A stretch of 64,000 nucleotides of DNA from Opitutales bacterium (GTDB taxonomy: Bacteria; Verrucomicrobiota; Verrucomicrobiia; Opitutales; Opitutaceae): NCBI GenBank assembly GCA_018700525.1, contig JABITN010000188.1:5261-69260 (forward strand). Reading direction: 5' to 3'. The notes below the pieces were generated by a model. That model ran no database searches, was not told the origin of the DNA, and saw only the letters and a program-made list of their open reading frames with translations. This document shows, piece after piece, positions 17,582-27,365 of this stretch (position 1 is the first letter of the stretch; every line of letters begins with the position of its first letter). The position numbers and the translations under genes were made by a program.

Positions 17582-19746
17582 AAACTCCGAATGAAAACTT
17601 GAATCGCCGCGCCTTTCTCAAGGTTTCAGCACTCGCATCCGGAGCCTTCATGATCGGCGTCAGCTATCGAAGCAACGCCGCTCAGACCCAATCCGGACCC
17701 GACGCCGCAACCTGGTCTCCCAATTTGTACATACGAATCGAACCCTCTGGATCGATCACTATCGTGAGCAAGAATCCCGAAGGCGGACAGGGTATTAAAA
17801 CTGCCATGCCAATGGTCGTTGCTGAATGCCTCGAAGTCGATTGGAAGGACGTGACCGTCGAGCAAGCCAATCTCGATGATCGCTACGGTCGGCAGGCGGC
17901 AGGCGGCAGTCGTGGCACTCCTGATGGCTGGAACGATTTGCGCATCGCCGGTACAGGAGCTGCCTACATGCTCCGCACGGCAGCGGCTGAAACGTGGGGC
18001 GTATCCATCGATTCATGTAAGGCCGAAAATGGAACGATTGTTCACGAAAAATCCAAGCGCACGCTAAGCTACGGCAGACTCGCTTCCCTCGCTTCCAAGC
18101 AATCTGTCCCGGCAGTCGAAAAGCTAACTCTCAAGAGCCGCCCTTCCGAATTCAAATTGCTCGGCAAGCGAATCCCAGGCGTTGACAACAAAAAGATCTT
18201 CACTGGGCAATTGGCATACGGTTGCGACACGCGACTGGATGGGATGGTCTACGCAGTCTTCCAAAAATGCCCGAGCTTCGGAGGTAAAGTTCGAAGCGCC
18301 AATGTAGATCAGCTTAAAAAGGCTCCTGGTATTGTGGATGCCTTTATCGTCGAGGGAACGGATAACCTCAAAGGCCTCATGCCGGGCGTAGCTATCATTG
18401 CCGAATCCTGGTGGGAAGCCCAATCGGCCCGCAAGCAACTGCAGGTTGACTGGGACAAAGTCCAATCCGATTCAACTGCCGACTACACGCGGCAAGCTGA
18501 AGCTCTCACCAAGCAATCCGGAGAAACTCTAGGCGAAAACGGAAACGTGGATAAAGCATTCGATAAGGCTCACAAAGTTATCGAATCGCAATATTACTAC
18601 CCATTTGTATCCCATGCTAACATGGAGCCCCAAAACTGTACGGCTTACCAGCACCCATCAGGCAAGCTCGAACTCTGGGCGCCTTCGCAGAATCCCAAAA
18701 GCGGACGCAGTCTTATCGCGAGTACGTTAAGAATATCCGAAGACACTATTCACGTTAACATGACGCGATTAGGCGGAGGATTCGGTCGCCGTCTCACGCC
18801 TGACTTCATGGTCGAAGCCGCCTATCTCGCAACAAAGGTCAATCGCCCTGTTCAGCTCCAATGGACACGCGAAGACGACATACAGCATGACTTCTACCGT
18901 CCCGCAGCTTGGCACAACCTGAAAGCTGCGATCGATAAATCTGGAAAGCTCACTGCCTGGGAAAACCATTTCGTCACATTTGGTAGCGGCAAGCGCACGG
19001 TCAGCGGAGCCAACCTATCGAACAAACACTACCCTGCTGGACTCACGCCGAATTTCCGCCTTCGCCAATCGCTTATTCAGGCCAAAGTACCAACCGGTCC
19101 CTGGCGTTCTCCAGGGCACTCGGCCTACTGCTTCGCGTTCCAAAGCTTCATGGACGAGATCGCCTTCGCCGGCGGGCGCGACCCACTCGACTTCCGTTTG
19201 GATCTGCTGAAGCAGCGCCATGGCTCGACCGATTTCGATACCGAGCGCGCTGTGGGCACGCTCAAGCTTGCCGCCAAGAATGCAAACTGGGGCCGATCCA
19301 TGGGACCGAACCAGGGACAAGGCCTTGCCTTCCACTTCGACCATGGCGGCTATGTTGCCTATGTAGCGGAAGTCACAGCCCAAGCTTCCGGACAGTTCAA
19401 GGTAGACCACGTGTTCGGAACTGCTGATTCCGGTCCGATCATAAACCGAAGCGGAGCCGACAATCAAATCGAAGGCAGCGTTATCGACGCATTAAGCACG
19501 GCCTTCTTGGAAATATCGTTTTCAGACGGAGCAGTAGAGCAAAGCAATTTTTCCAACTACAACTTGCTACGGATCAACCAAGCCCCGTCCATTTCCGTCG
19601 ATTACGTGCAAAGCGATAATCCCCCTACAGGACTGGGAGAACCGCCAATCGCGCCCGCGACACCGGCTATTACGAACGCGCTTTTCGCTGCATCTGGAAA
19701 ACGGGTACACGCATTACCGCTAGGGAAACAGGGGTTCTACATCTAG
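17578..19746 (+). CDS. iorB: molybdopterin-dependent oxidoreductase large (beta) subunit with Tat signal (IorB-like)
   Basis: It has a Tat leader (NRRAFLKVSALASGAFMIGV). It is 722 aa with aldehyde oxidase/xanthine dehydrogenase-like Moco-binding regions (GGGFGRR). Confidence 0.88.
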   Translation: MKTPNENLNRRAFLKVSALASGAFMIGVSYRSNAAQTQSGPDAATWSPNLYIRIEPSGSITIVSKNPEGGQGIKTAMPMVVAECLEVDWKDVTVEQANLDDRYGRQAAGGSRGTPDGWNDLRIAGTGAAYMLRTAAAETWGVSIDSCKAENGTIVHEKSKRTLSYGRLASLASKQSVPAVEKLTLKSRPSEFKLLGKRIPGVDNKKIFTGQLAYGCDTRLDGMVYAVFQKCPSFGGKVRSANVDQLKKAPGIVDAFIVEGTDNLKGLMPGVAIIAESWWEAQSARKQLQVDWDKVQSDSTADYTRQAEALTKQSGETLGENGNVDKAFDKAHKVIESQYYYPFVSHANMEPQNCTAYQHPSGKLELWAPSQNPKSGRSLIASTLRISEDTIHVNMTRLGGGFGRRLTPDFMVEAAYLATKVNRPVQLQWTREDDIQHDFYRPAAWHNLKAAIDKSGKLTAWENHFVTFGSGKRTVSGANLSNKHYPAGLTPNFRLRQSLIQAKVPTGPWRSPGHSAYCFAFQSFMDEIAFAGGRDPLDFRLDLLKQRHGSTDFDTERAVGTLKLAAKNANWGRSMGPNQGQGLAFHFDHGGYVAYVAEVTAQASGQFKVDHVFGTADSGPIINRSGADNQIEGSVIDALSTAFLEISFSDGAVEQSNFSNYNLLRINQAPSISVDYVQSDNPPTGLGEPPIAPATPAITNALFAASGKRVHALPLGKQGFYI

Positions 19747-19777
19747 AAGATGTGTTTTTCTGCCACTAAATCATTAC

Positions 19778-21067
19778 ATGAAAAACGTATATTTCAGTTT
19801 CTCGAAATCATTATCCCGCCGAACCTTCCTTAAAGGTGCTGGCGCGGCAATGGCCCTTCCTTGGCTTGAGTCGATGACCCCTGCCTTTGCGAAATCAGCG
19901 GCATCCTTGCCTCCCAAGCGTTTTGTTAGCGTGAGTCTCGCTCTGGGATTACACGCGCCGAATTTAAATCCAATCGATTCCGGATTCAATTATACGCCTT
20001 CGCTCTATCTTTCGAAGATACAGGACTTATTAGGCGACATGACCATTGTCACCGGGTCTTCTCATCCGGGAGTTACTGGCGGCCATAAAGCATCAGGTAG
20101 TATCTTAACCGGAGCGCCCTACTCGCGAAGCGCTGTATTCAAGAACACGATTTCAATTGATCAGCATATGGCCAAACATTTGGGCCATCACACGCGATTC
20201 CCTTCGCTCGTCCTCAATCTTAGTAGTAGCAACAGCCCCTCCTATACGGAGACGGGTAGCATGATTCCCGCTGAGTCCTCTCCTGCAAAATTGTTTAGCA
20301 AGCTCTTCGTGGCGGATTCTCCAGAGGATCAAGCCGTACAAGTCGAACGCCTAAAGGAAGGCCGCAGTATCATGGATGTTGTCGCAGCCGACGCGAAGAC
20401 GCTTCAAGGGAGCCTCGGAGCAGGTGATCGCGACAAGATGGATCAGTACTTCGAATCCGTACGCGCATTCGAGAAGCGACTAGGATCATCCGAAGATTGG
20501 GCCCAAAAGCCCAAGCCGGTCGTAAAGATGAAACTGCCGCGCCATATCCCTGGTAGTAACGAAATCATCCAGAGGAAAAAACTGATGCTGGATATTATGT
20601 TGCTCGCTTTGCAGACGGACTCTACGCGCTTCATAACCTTGCACATTGATGGAAATGGTGGATCGCTTCCTATCGAAGGCGTCAACGAAGGTTATCACAG
20701 TCTCAGTCACCATGGTTTGGACGAGGACAAGATCGAGCAGTTGACGATCGTCGAAAACGCACTCGTAGAGACTTGGGGCGGTTTTATAAGAGGCCTGAAG
20801 GAAACCAATGAATCGAACAGCACGTTGCTCAACCAAACCAACGTTCTACTCACCTCCAATCTCGGTAATGCTAGTGCTCATGATAACAAAAACATGCCAG
20901 TGCTTTTTGCCGGCGGCGGATTTCGTCATGGGCAGCATCTCGCGTTCAATAAGGATGATAATTATCCACTCCCGAATCTATATGTCAGCGCCCTGCAACG
21001 ACAAGGCCTCGAAACCGATCGCTTTGCTACGGGCACGGGTACGATGAGCGGTCTTGAGATGGTATAG
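19778..21067 (+). CDS. DUF1552-family protein (PVC-typical) with a Tat-like leader
   Basis: The leader is SRRTFLKGAGAAMALPWL. The SLSHHG region is typical of DUF1552. The gene starts 31 nt after iorB. Confidence 0.85.
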   Translation: MKNVYFSFSKSLSRRTFLKGAGAAMALPWLESMTPAFAKSAASLPPKRFVSVSLALGLHAPNLNPIDSGFNYTPSLYLSKIQDLLGDMTIVTGSSHPGVTGGHKASGSILTGAPYSRSAVFKNTISIDQHMAKHLGHHTRFPSLVLNLSSSNSPSYTETGSMIPAESSPAKLFSKLFVADSPEDQAVQVERLKEGRSIMDVVAADAKTLQGSLGAGDRDKMDQYFESVRAFEKRLGSSEDWAQKPKPVVKMKLPRHIPGSNEIIQRKKLMLDIMLLALQTDSTRFITLHIDGNGGSLPIEGVNEGYHSLSHHGLDEDKIEQLTIVENALVETWGGFIRGLKETNESNSTLLNQTNVLLTSNLGNASAHDNKNMPVLFAGGGFRHGQHLAFNKDDNYPLPNLYVSALQRQGLETDRFATGTGTMSGLEMV

Positions 21068-21084
21068 GCCAACGCTTCAACAGA

Positions 21085-23454
21085 ATGAACCGATTCATTA
21101 TTTCTTCGGTCGCTCTCGCCTTTCTTCCGTGCGCTCAAAGCACGTCCGAGAAAGTCGCTACGCTTCCTTCTACAGTAGTTGAGTTCCTGGACTTGAATTG
21201 CTATGAGTGTCACAACGACACTGAAAAAAAGGGCGGACTGGACCTCGAATCCCTGGGCTTTCATCCCGATGATTCGCAATCGATGGCTCTTTGGTCTATG
21301 GTCTACGATCGTGTATCGAATCGCGAAATGCCGCCCAAGATGGAATACTGGCCGGAAGAAGCGGAACGTTACGACTTTCTCAGTATTTTCGAAAATACGA
21401 TGCATGACGAGTCGGCCAAGTTGCAATCCAGTCTTGGGCGCGTTCGCTCGCGTCGCTTGAATCGTATTGAGTATGAAAATACGCTTCACGACTTGTTGGG
21501 AGTCGATATTCCGATTAAGGATTTCCTCCCTGACGATCCGACCCAAGATGGCTTTAGCAACATCGCGGAATCCCAACAAATTTCGCATCACCTGCTTCAA
21601 AAATACCTGGAAGCAATCGACTTATCCCTAGACGAAGCCTTCTCGCGAGCTCAGCACCCAAGTAACCCCTATTCTCGAACCTTTTCCGGCGAGGAAGTTT
21701 CCTGGAATCCTAAAACGCGTAAAAATGGTCGTGGGCCTCATCTCTACAAGGGCCACGCAGTTTCCTTTCTCACAGGCGGAAATTACCAAGGAAGAATGGC
21801 TCCAACCGAAGTAGACGAAAGCGGATGGTATGGGATCACCGTTCGCGCAAAAGCCCACAACGCACCTCCGGGCCGCGGTGTTTGGACGCAAATCCGAAGC
21901 GGCGTTGCTGCAGCATCGGCGCCTTCGCTCTTCTGGGTAGGCAGTTTCGAAGCTCGGGAAGAGCCGCAAGATTTCACAATGGAAGCCTGGATACAGGCAG
22001 GCCATAAATTGGAAATGCGTCCTGGCGATCATACGCTTGGGATCATCTCAACCAAACTGCTTGGCGACCGCAGTGTCTTTGAAATGGATATTCCAGGCGT
22101 AGCAATGGAGTCATTGAAAATGGTACGTATTCACAAAGGGCTTGATCAGGATGGCCTCAAAAAACGTCTTTTCGATGATTTACGATTTGAAAGCGGCGTT
22201 CTGCATTCGGAAGAGCCCAGTCGCGATCTCGAAAGGCTCATGACTCGATTCGCCGTATTTGCATTTCGAAGATCCGTATCCGCCAAAGAGATATCTCCCT
22301 ACATCGAATTCGCTCGATCGCGATTGAATGCAGGTAACAGTTTGAAGGATGCATTGAAGTCTGGATACCGAGCCCTGCTCAGTTCTCCTCGATTCCTCTA
22401 CTTCACTGAAAACACTGGAAAACTGGATGATTTCAGCATCGCTTCTCGTTTGAGCTATTTTCTATGGAGTACGATGCCCGACGAGAAATTACTCTCGCTC
22501 GCAAAGAAAGGACGTCTGTCTAGACCTTCTAATCTAAAGAAACAGGTGGAGCGAATGCTCAACCACTCCAAGGCAAATGCTTTCGTAAAGAATTTTTCGG
22601 ACAATTGGCTCAATCTAAAGGAAATCGATTTCACTACTCCTGACACAAAGCTCTACCCGGAATTCGATGATATCCTAAAGCATTCCATGCTAGGAGAAAC
22701 CTACGCATTCATGCAGGAGTTGGTTGATGGAGATTTAGGTGTCTCCAATTTTATAGATTCCGATTTCGCGATGCTTAATGAGCGCCTGGCTCAGCATTAC
22801 GGTATCGATGAGTTCTCGGGGAAAGGCTATCAAAAGATCCCGTTATTGCCGCGTCACCATCGAGGCGGAGTAATCACCCACGGCAGTGTTTTGAAAGTTT
22901 CTGCAAATGGCACAACGACTTCTCCCATTATCCGTGGCGTTTGGTTGTTAGAGCGTATACTCGGCGAGACCATTTCTCCACCTCCCGATGATGTAGGCTC
23001 AGTCGAGCCTGATATCCGAGGTGCAGTTTCGATACGGGACCAGCTCGATAAACATCGCTCCACGAAAAGCTGCATGGCCTGTCATCGAAAAATCGACCCG
23101 CCCGGCTTTGCGCTCGAAAGCTTCGATGTCGCCGGAGGTTGGCGCCAACACTATCGAGCTCTACCCGAAAAAGGGAAATGGAAAGACGGTCCTGCAGTTG
23201 ATCCAAGCTACAACCTGTCTAATGGAAAGTCATTCAGCGATGTAGAAGGATTTAAAACCATGATCTTAGAGCACCCCGAAAAAATTGCCAAGAATATCGT
23301 AGAGAAAATCCTGACTTACGCCACCGGAGCCAGCATAGAATTCGCCGATCGACGCGAAATCGACCAAATCGTAAATCAGTTGAGCGATGAGGATTATGGT
23401 TTTCGCTCGCTCATTCACGCAAGTATTCAGAGTGATGTTTTTCTTTCGAAATAG
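21085..23454 (+). CDS. DUF1592/DUF1588/DUF1585-family protein with an N-terminal CxxCH (planctomycete cytochrome c, PSCyt-type) motif
   Basis: A signal peptide is present, then LNCYECHNDTEKKGGLDL. The motifs SRLSYFLWSTMPDEKLL and CMACHRKIDPPGFALESFDVAGGWR follow. The gene starts 17 nt after DUF1552. Confidence 0.88.
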   Translation: MNRFIISSVALAFLPCAQSTSEKVATLPSTVVEFLDLNCYECHNDTEKKGGLDLESLGFHPDDSQSMALWSMVYDRVSNREMPPKMEYWPEEAERYDFLSIFENTMHDESAKLQSSLGRVRSRRLNRIEYENTLHDLLGVDIPIKDFLPDDPTQDGFSNIAESQQISHHLLQKYLEAIDLSLDEAFSRAQHPSNPYSRTFSGEEVSWNPKTRKNGRGPHLYKGHAVSFLTGGNYQGRMAPTEVDESGWYGITVRAKAHNAPPGRGVWTQIRSGVAAASAPSLFWVGSFEAREEPQDFTMEAWIQAGHKLEMRPGDHTLGIISTKLLGDRSVFEMDIPGVAMESLKMVRIHKGLDQDGLKKRLFDDLRFESGVLHSEEPSRDLERLMTRFAVFAFRRSVSAKEISPYIEFARSRLNAGNSLKDALKSGYRALLSSPRFLYFTENTGKLDDFSIASRLSYFLWSTMPDEKLLSLAKKGRLSRPSNLKKQVERMLNHSKANAFVKNFSDNWLNLKEIDFTTPDTKLYPEFDDILKHSMLGETYAFMQELVDGDLGVSNFIDSDFAMLNERLAQHYGIDEFSGKGYQKIPLLPRHHRGGVITHGSVLKVSANGTTTSPIIRGVWLLERILGETISPPPDDVGSVEPDIRGAVSIRDQLDKHRSTKSCMACHRKIDPPGFALESFDVAGGWRQHYRALPEKGKWKDGPAVDPSYNLSNGKSFSDVEGFKTMILEHPEKIAKNIVEKILTYATGASIEFADRREIDQIVNQLSDEDYGFRSLIHASIQSDVFLSK

Positions 23455-23475
23455 ATCTAACTCTATAGCCAATCC

Positions 23476-24876
23476 ATGACCAACGCTTCCTTCGTCAAGA
23501 CCACCTATTCATCTCTTCTAATTGTATTGCTCGGTATATTTTCCTCACAGGCTGCAGACCGCCCAAATGTGCTTCTGATTCTAGCGGACGACCTTGGGAT
23601 CGGCGGCTTGCACTGCTACGGCACTGATTATCTTGAAACCCCGAATATCGACCGACTCGCGAACGAGGGTATGAAGTTCACCAATGGACTAGCAGCCTTT
23701 CCGACCTGCAAGCCATCTCGGGCAGCATTGCTCACCGGCCAGTATTCGCCTCGGACAGGGGTTTATCGCGTAGTCGACCGACACACAGGACAAGAAGACA
23801 AAATTCGTTTTCTTCTTCCGCCTAATGAAGATGTATCGACCGATAAAATACTCATCAGCGAACCGTTTCAAAAAGCCGGATATGCAACAGCCGCTTATGG
23901 AAAGTGGCATATTGGCAATCCGCAAAAGGATCATCCAACTGAATACGGATTCGACGATGCCATCGAGAGTCATGGCGGTCACTTTAACGCGAAAACCATT
24001 CCGGAAATCGATTTGCCAGATGGTACCCTAATTGAAGAAGTTCTAACTACCCGTGCGATAGAGTTCATCGAAAACGCGGCAAAAAAGGACCAACCGTTTT
24101 TCGTCTACATGCCCTACTTTCTTGTTCACGCGCCGATGGAGGCCCACGAAGCGGATATCAAGTATTTCGAGAAGAAGCTTGAAGGGATTGATTTTGCAGG
24201 TAAACATGTCCGTAGGATGCCCGTGCTCGCCGCCATGACGCGGGAACTCGATAAGCAAGTCGGGCGATTGCTCGGTACGATTGAATCGCTCGATCTCGAA
24301 GAAGATACGATCATCATCTTCGCTTCCGATAATGGGGCTTACGACGAAAATCTAGTCGGCGATTTCCGGGGTCAAAAAGGTCAAGTCTACGAAGGCGGAA
24401 TGCGCGTTCCCTATATTTTCAAATGGCAAAATAGAATCGCCGCGAACTCAGTAGACGCAAATCGGATCATTAGCGTCGACCTGTATCCTACGCTACTAAC
24501 TCTCGCAGGAATCGATAGTCCTAAGAATTACCCAATCGATGGATACGACCTTTCATCGCTTTTGCTGGGACGAACTCGCAAACTGCCGATCCGAAGCATT
24601 TTTTGCTATTTCCCGAAATACGCTCGCTATAGCGACAAGACGCAACGCTGGGGCGACTCTTGGCGTAATGTTATCTATCATGGCGATTACAAGCTGATCG
24701 ACTATCCCGAGTACAATGACACCGAGTTATTCGATCTTTCATCCGATCCTCGAGAAATGAAAGACTTGGCGAAATCACTTCCTGAAAAACGTAAAGAGCT
24801 CAATCGACTTCTGGACGATTGGCTAAAAACGATCGAAGCCCCCGAGCTCACGCCCAACCAGAACTTCTCTCTATAA
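23476..24876 (+). CDS. Cys-type sulfatase, secreted
   Basis: A signal peptide is present. It carries RPNVLLILADDLG and CKPSRAALLTG. Confidence 0.92.
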   Translation: MTNASFVKTTYSSLLIVLLGIFSSQAADRPNVLLILADDLGIGGLHCYGTDYLETPNIDRLANEGMKFTNGLAAFPTCKPSRAALLTGQYSPRTGVYRVVDRHTGQEDKIRFLLPPNEDVSTDKILISEPFQKAGYATAAYGKWHIGNPQKDHPTEYGFDDAIESHGGHFNAKTIPEIDLPDGTLIEEVLTTRAIEFIENAAKKDQPFFVYMPYFLVHAPMEAHEADIKYFEKKLEGIDFAGKHVRRMPVLAAMTRELDKQVGRLLGTIESLDLEEDTIIIFASDNGAYDENLVGDFRGQKGQVYEGGMRVPYIFKWQNRIAANSVDANRIISVDLYPTLLTLAGIDSPKNYPIDGYDLSSLLLGRTRKLPIRSIFCYFPKYARYSDKTQRWGDSWRNVIYHGDYKLIDYPEYNDTELFDLSSDPREMKDLAKSLPEKRKELNRLLDDWLKTIEAPELTPNQNFSL

Positions 24877-24896
24877 CTCAACCTCGAAAAACCGCG

Positions 24897-26381
24897 ATGC
24901 CCCGACTGATTCTTCTTATTGTCGCTACCCTAACGCTTTTCGAAGCGTCTTCCGCAGCGAAAGACTCGCTCTATTTTCGCGAAGACTGGAGAGAAACTCC
25001 TTTCGTACTTCCGATTACTCCAGAGCATGTAGCGAACTCCAAACTAAAAATGGAGATCCATGGGCCTGGAAAGCTGGGAATCAAAAAATCGCATCATGAT
25101 CAAATTGAGAACGATCCATATTACATTTGGTCTGGTCAGTGCCCAATGCCCTGGGCTTTGTCCCTGCGGAAAACCGGGAAATTGGTCGATCTTTCATCAC
25201 CCGACGCAAACGTTCGCTGGCGTAGCCGCCAAAGCGGCGACCACGCGCTACACTTGTTGATCAAACTTCCTGGCGAACGTTGGTTTATTAGCGAGCAAAG
25301 CGATTCCGGTCAAGAGTGGCACGATTTTGAATTTAGGATACAGGATCTCACTTGGCGACATTTCAGTATTATCAAAGCAGTAGCCAAAGAACGCGTCCCA
25401 ACTCCCAGTTTAGCGAAAATCGAACAAATAGGATTTACCGACCAAAAACCGGGCAAGAGCAGCAAATTCAGTTCCCGTCTTGATTGGATCGAAGTCCATG
25501 GAGCCGAACGGGAAGCGCCACCCAAAGCACCGCCAGCCGTTAAAGCAGCCCGCGTCGAAACAACAACGCCTGAAACCGTTAGAGAATACAAGAACCTTGT
25601 CTATGCGAAATACGACGATCGCGAGCTTACGCTTGATCTCTACCAGCCGAAAACAGGAAAAGGACCCTTCCCCGCAGTTGTGTTTATTCATGGCGGCGGC
25701 TGGTACAAGGGGGACCCAAGCAGCTACACTGCACTCGCCCAGCAATTGTCCGACAAAGGCTACGTTACGCTAAACATATTCTATCGCTTATCCGGCGAAG
25801 CTTCATTTCCAACCGCAATTCATGACTGTAAATCTGCCGTCAGATGGGCTCGAGCCAACGCGCAAACGTTTCGCATCGACCCCAGCAAAATCGGCTCCGT
25901 AGGCGGATCAGCCGGAGGGCATTTGTCTGGATTGCTAGGAACCAGCGGTCAGTCATCTAAATTAAATAAGGACGGATCTCATCTCGATTTCCCTTCCGCT
26001 TTACAGGCCTGCGCTGTGATGGCCGGTTCAATGGATTTGACGACGGAGAGGTCGCGAGAATCCGCCAGTGAAGATCCTCGCAGACGCATAAACACATTCA
26101 TGGGTGGAACTTGGCGGAAGGCCAAGCCGACTTTCGCTCTAGCCTCGCCGATCACTCATGTTTCGAAAAACACGCCTCCGATGTTATTTATGGACGGCGA
26201 ATACGATTCCCCCGGAGAGCGCTATCCAGAGATTATTAGAAAACTGGATACGTTTGGAATACATCACGAGTCTCACGTCATCGAGAACGCCCCTCATCCT
26301 TTTTGGTCCTCGCACCCATTTTTCGATCCAAGCCTAGAGATTCTGAGCGAATTCTTCGACAAATTCCTGAAGTCGAATTAA
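24897..26381 (+). CDS. secreted alpha/beta hydrolase (esterase/lipase type) with a ~230-aa N-terminal domain of unknown family
   Basis: The ATG at 24897 gives the signal peptide MPRLILLIVATLTLFEASSAA. The C-terminal half carries VFIHGGGW (oxyanion) and the nucleophile elbow GGSAGGH. Confidence 0.85.
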   Translation: MPRLILLIVATLTLFEASSAAKDSLYFREDWRETPFVLPITPEHVANSKLKMEIHGPGKLGIKKSHHDQIENDPYYIWSGQCPMPWALSLRKTGKLVDLSSPDANVRWRSRQSGDHALHLLIKLPGERWFISEQSDSGQEWHDFEFRIQDLTWRHFSIIKAVAKERVPTPSLAKIEQIGFTDQKPGKSSKFSSRLDWIEVHGAEREAPPKAPPAVKAARVETTTPETVREYKNLVYAKYDDRELTLDLYQPKTGKGPFPAVVFIHGGGWYKGDPSSYTALAQQLSDKGYVTLNIFYRLSGEASFPTAIHDCKSAVRWARANAQTFRIDPSKIGSVGGSAGGHLSGLLGTSGQSSKLNKDGSHLDFPSALQACAVMAGSMDLTTERSRESASEDPRRRINTFMGGTWRKAKPTFALASPITHVSKNTPPMLFMDGEYDSPGERYPEIIRKLDTFGIHHESHVIENAPHPFWSSHPFFDPSLEILSEFFDKFLKSN

Positions 26382-26613
26382 GCGGCTATAAAATAGGTCT
26401 TCATTATCCAATTTTGACGTAAGGCTGGCGCTTGCGCCACGCCGCGTAGCTAGAGAAGCATTTGGTATCGAGGTATGGAGCAAACGCCGGCCCTACTAAT
26501 GCAGACTCGCTGAATACTCTCGAAGCAAGATTCCGATTAAACAGCTCTCGTATCTAAAACGCTTCAGATTTGCATTTGCGTTTTAGCCTGAATTCTAAAC
26601 TGATTGCTGTCCA

Positions 26614-27291
26614 ATGTACACGTTCCCCCAACGCAACGCTTCAATTCCTTCCTCGTTCAGGTCCCTTGCCATTAAATCAGTTTCAATCGCAACTCTTGGT
26701 TTTGGCCTCGTCGCTTGCACTGATTCAGGTTCGGAAACGCCGAAGTCCAATGATGTCGCTGATACGGCAAAGGCTCCTCCAACTACCTCCGTCTCAGTAG
26801 AAGCCCCTTCGATCCCCGTTGAGTTCATAATGGACTCGGCATTGAACGGCAACGTGGAAGCGATCCGACTGGCGCTTGAATCCGGAATCGATCCGAATGT
26901 CACCGACGCGGACAACCGCACTCCTCTCATGCTAGCGGCATTCAATACCCACACTGAGATCGCCGAACGCCTACTAGAAGCGGGTGCCCGTGTCGATATG
27001 CGCGACTCTACAAACCGGACTGCTCTCATGTTCGCCTGCACAGGACCGGACGTAGGTTTGGTTTCGCTGCTCTTGCGTCGAGGAGCCAACATCAACGACA
27101 TTGATTCGCACGAAAGCTGGACTCCTCTCATGTTCGCCGCTGCGGAAGGTCACAGCGGAGTCGTACAACTCCTGCTCAATAGCAATGCCGACCCCAACGC
27201 AGCTGACATCGACGGTGAAACTTCGGCGTATTTCGCTCGCCAACGCGGATTCCCTGAAGTCGCTGAGATGATCGAGGCGAAGATGAAATAG
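26614..27291 (+). CDS. ankyrin-repeat lipoprotein
   Basis: It has a lipobox-like LGFGLVAC sequence. About four ankyrin repeats follow (NRTPLMLAA, NRTALMFAC, WTPLMFAAAEGH, GETSAYFA). Confidence 0.85.
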   Translation: MYTFPQRNASIPSSFRSLAIKSVSIATLGFGLVACTDSGSETPKSNDVADTAKAPPTTSVSVEAPSIPVEFIMDSALNGNVEAIRLALESGIDPNVTDADNRTPLMLAAFNTHTEIAERLLEAGARVDMRDSTNRTALMFACTGPDVGLVSLLLRRGANINDIDSHESWTPLMFAAAEGHSGVVQLLLNSNADPNAADIDGETSAYFARQRGFPEVAEMIEAKMK

Positions 27292-27365
27292 GTTTCGCCT
27301 AATCCCCCAGCAATTCCTTCGGTTTCCACGCTTGAACTGCCAATCAATTGGCGCAAGGTTACCCC

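Noticed and set aside
20962-21600. 212-aa ORF on the minus strand
   Set aside because: It spans the DUF1552/DUF1592 junction on the antisense strand. Both plus-strand genes are well supported.
24819-24896. N-terminal extension of the esterase ORF overlapping the sulfatase 3' end
   Set aside because: The ATG at 24897 yields a textbook signal peptide (MPRLILLIVATLTLFEASSAA). The extension is hydrophilic and overlaps the upstream CDS.
26595-27131. 178-aa ORF on the minus strand
   Set aside because: It is antisense to the ankyrin-repeat gene. The repeats are only readable in the plus frame.
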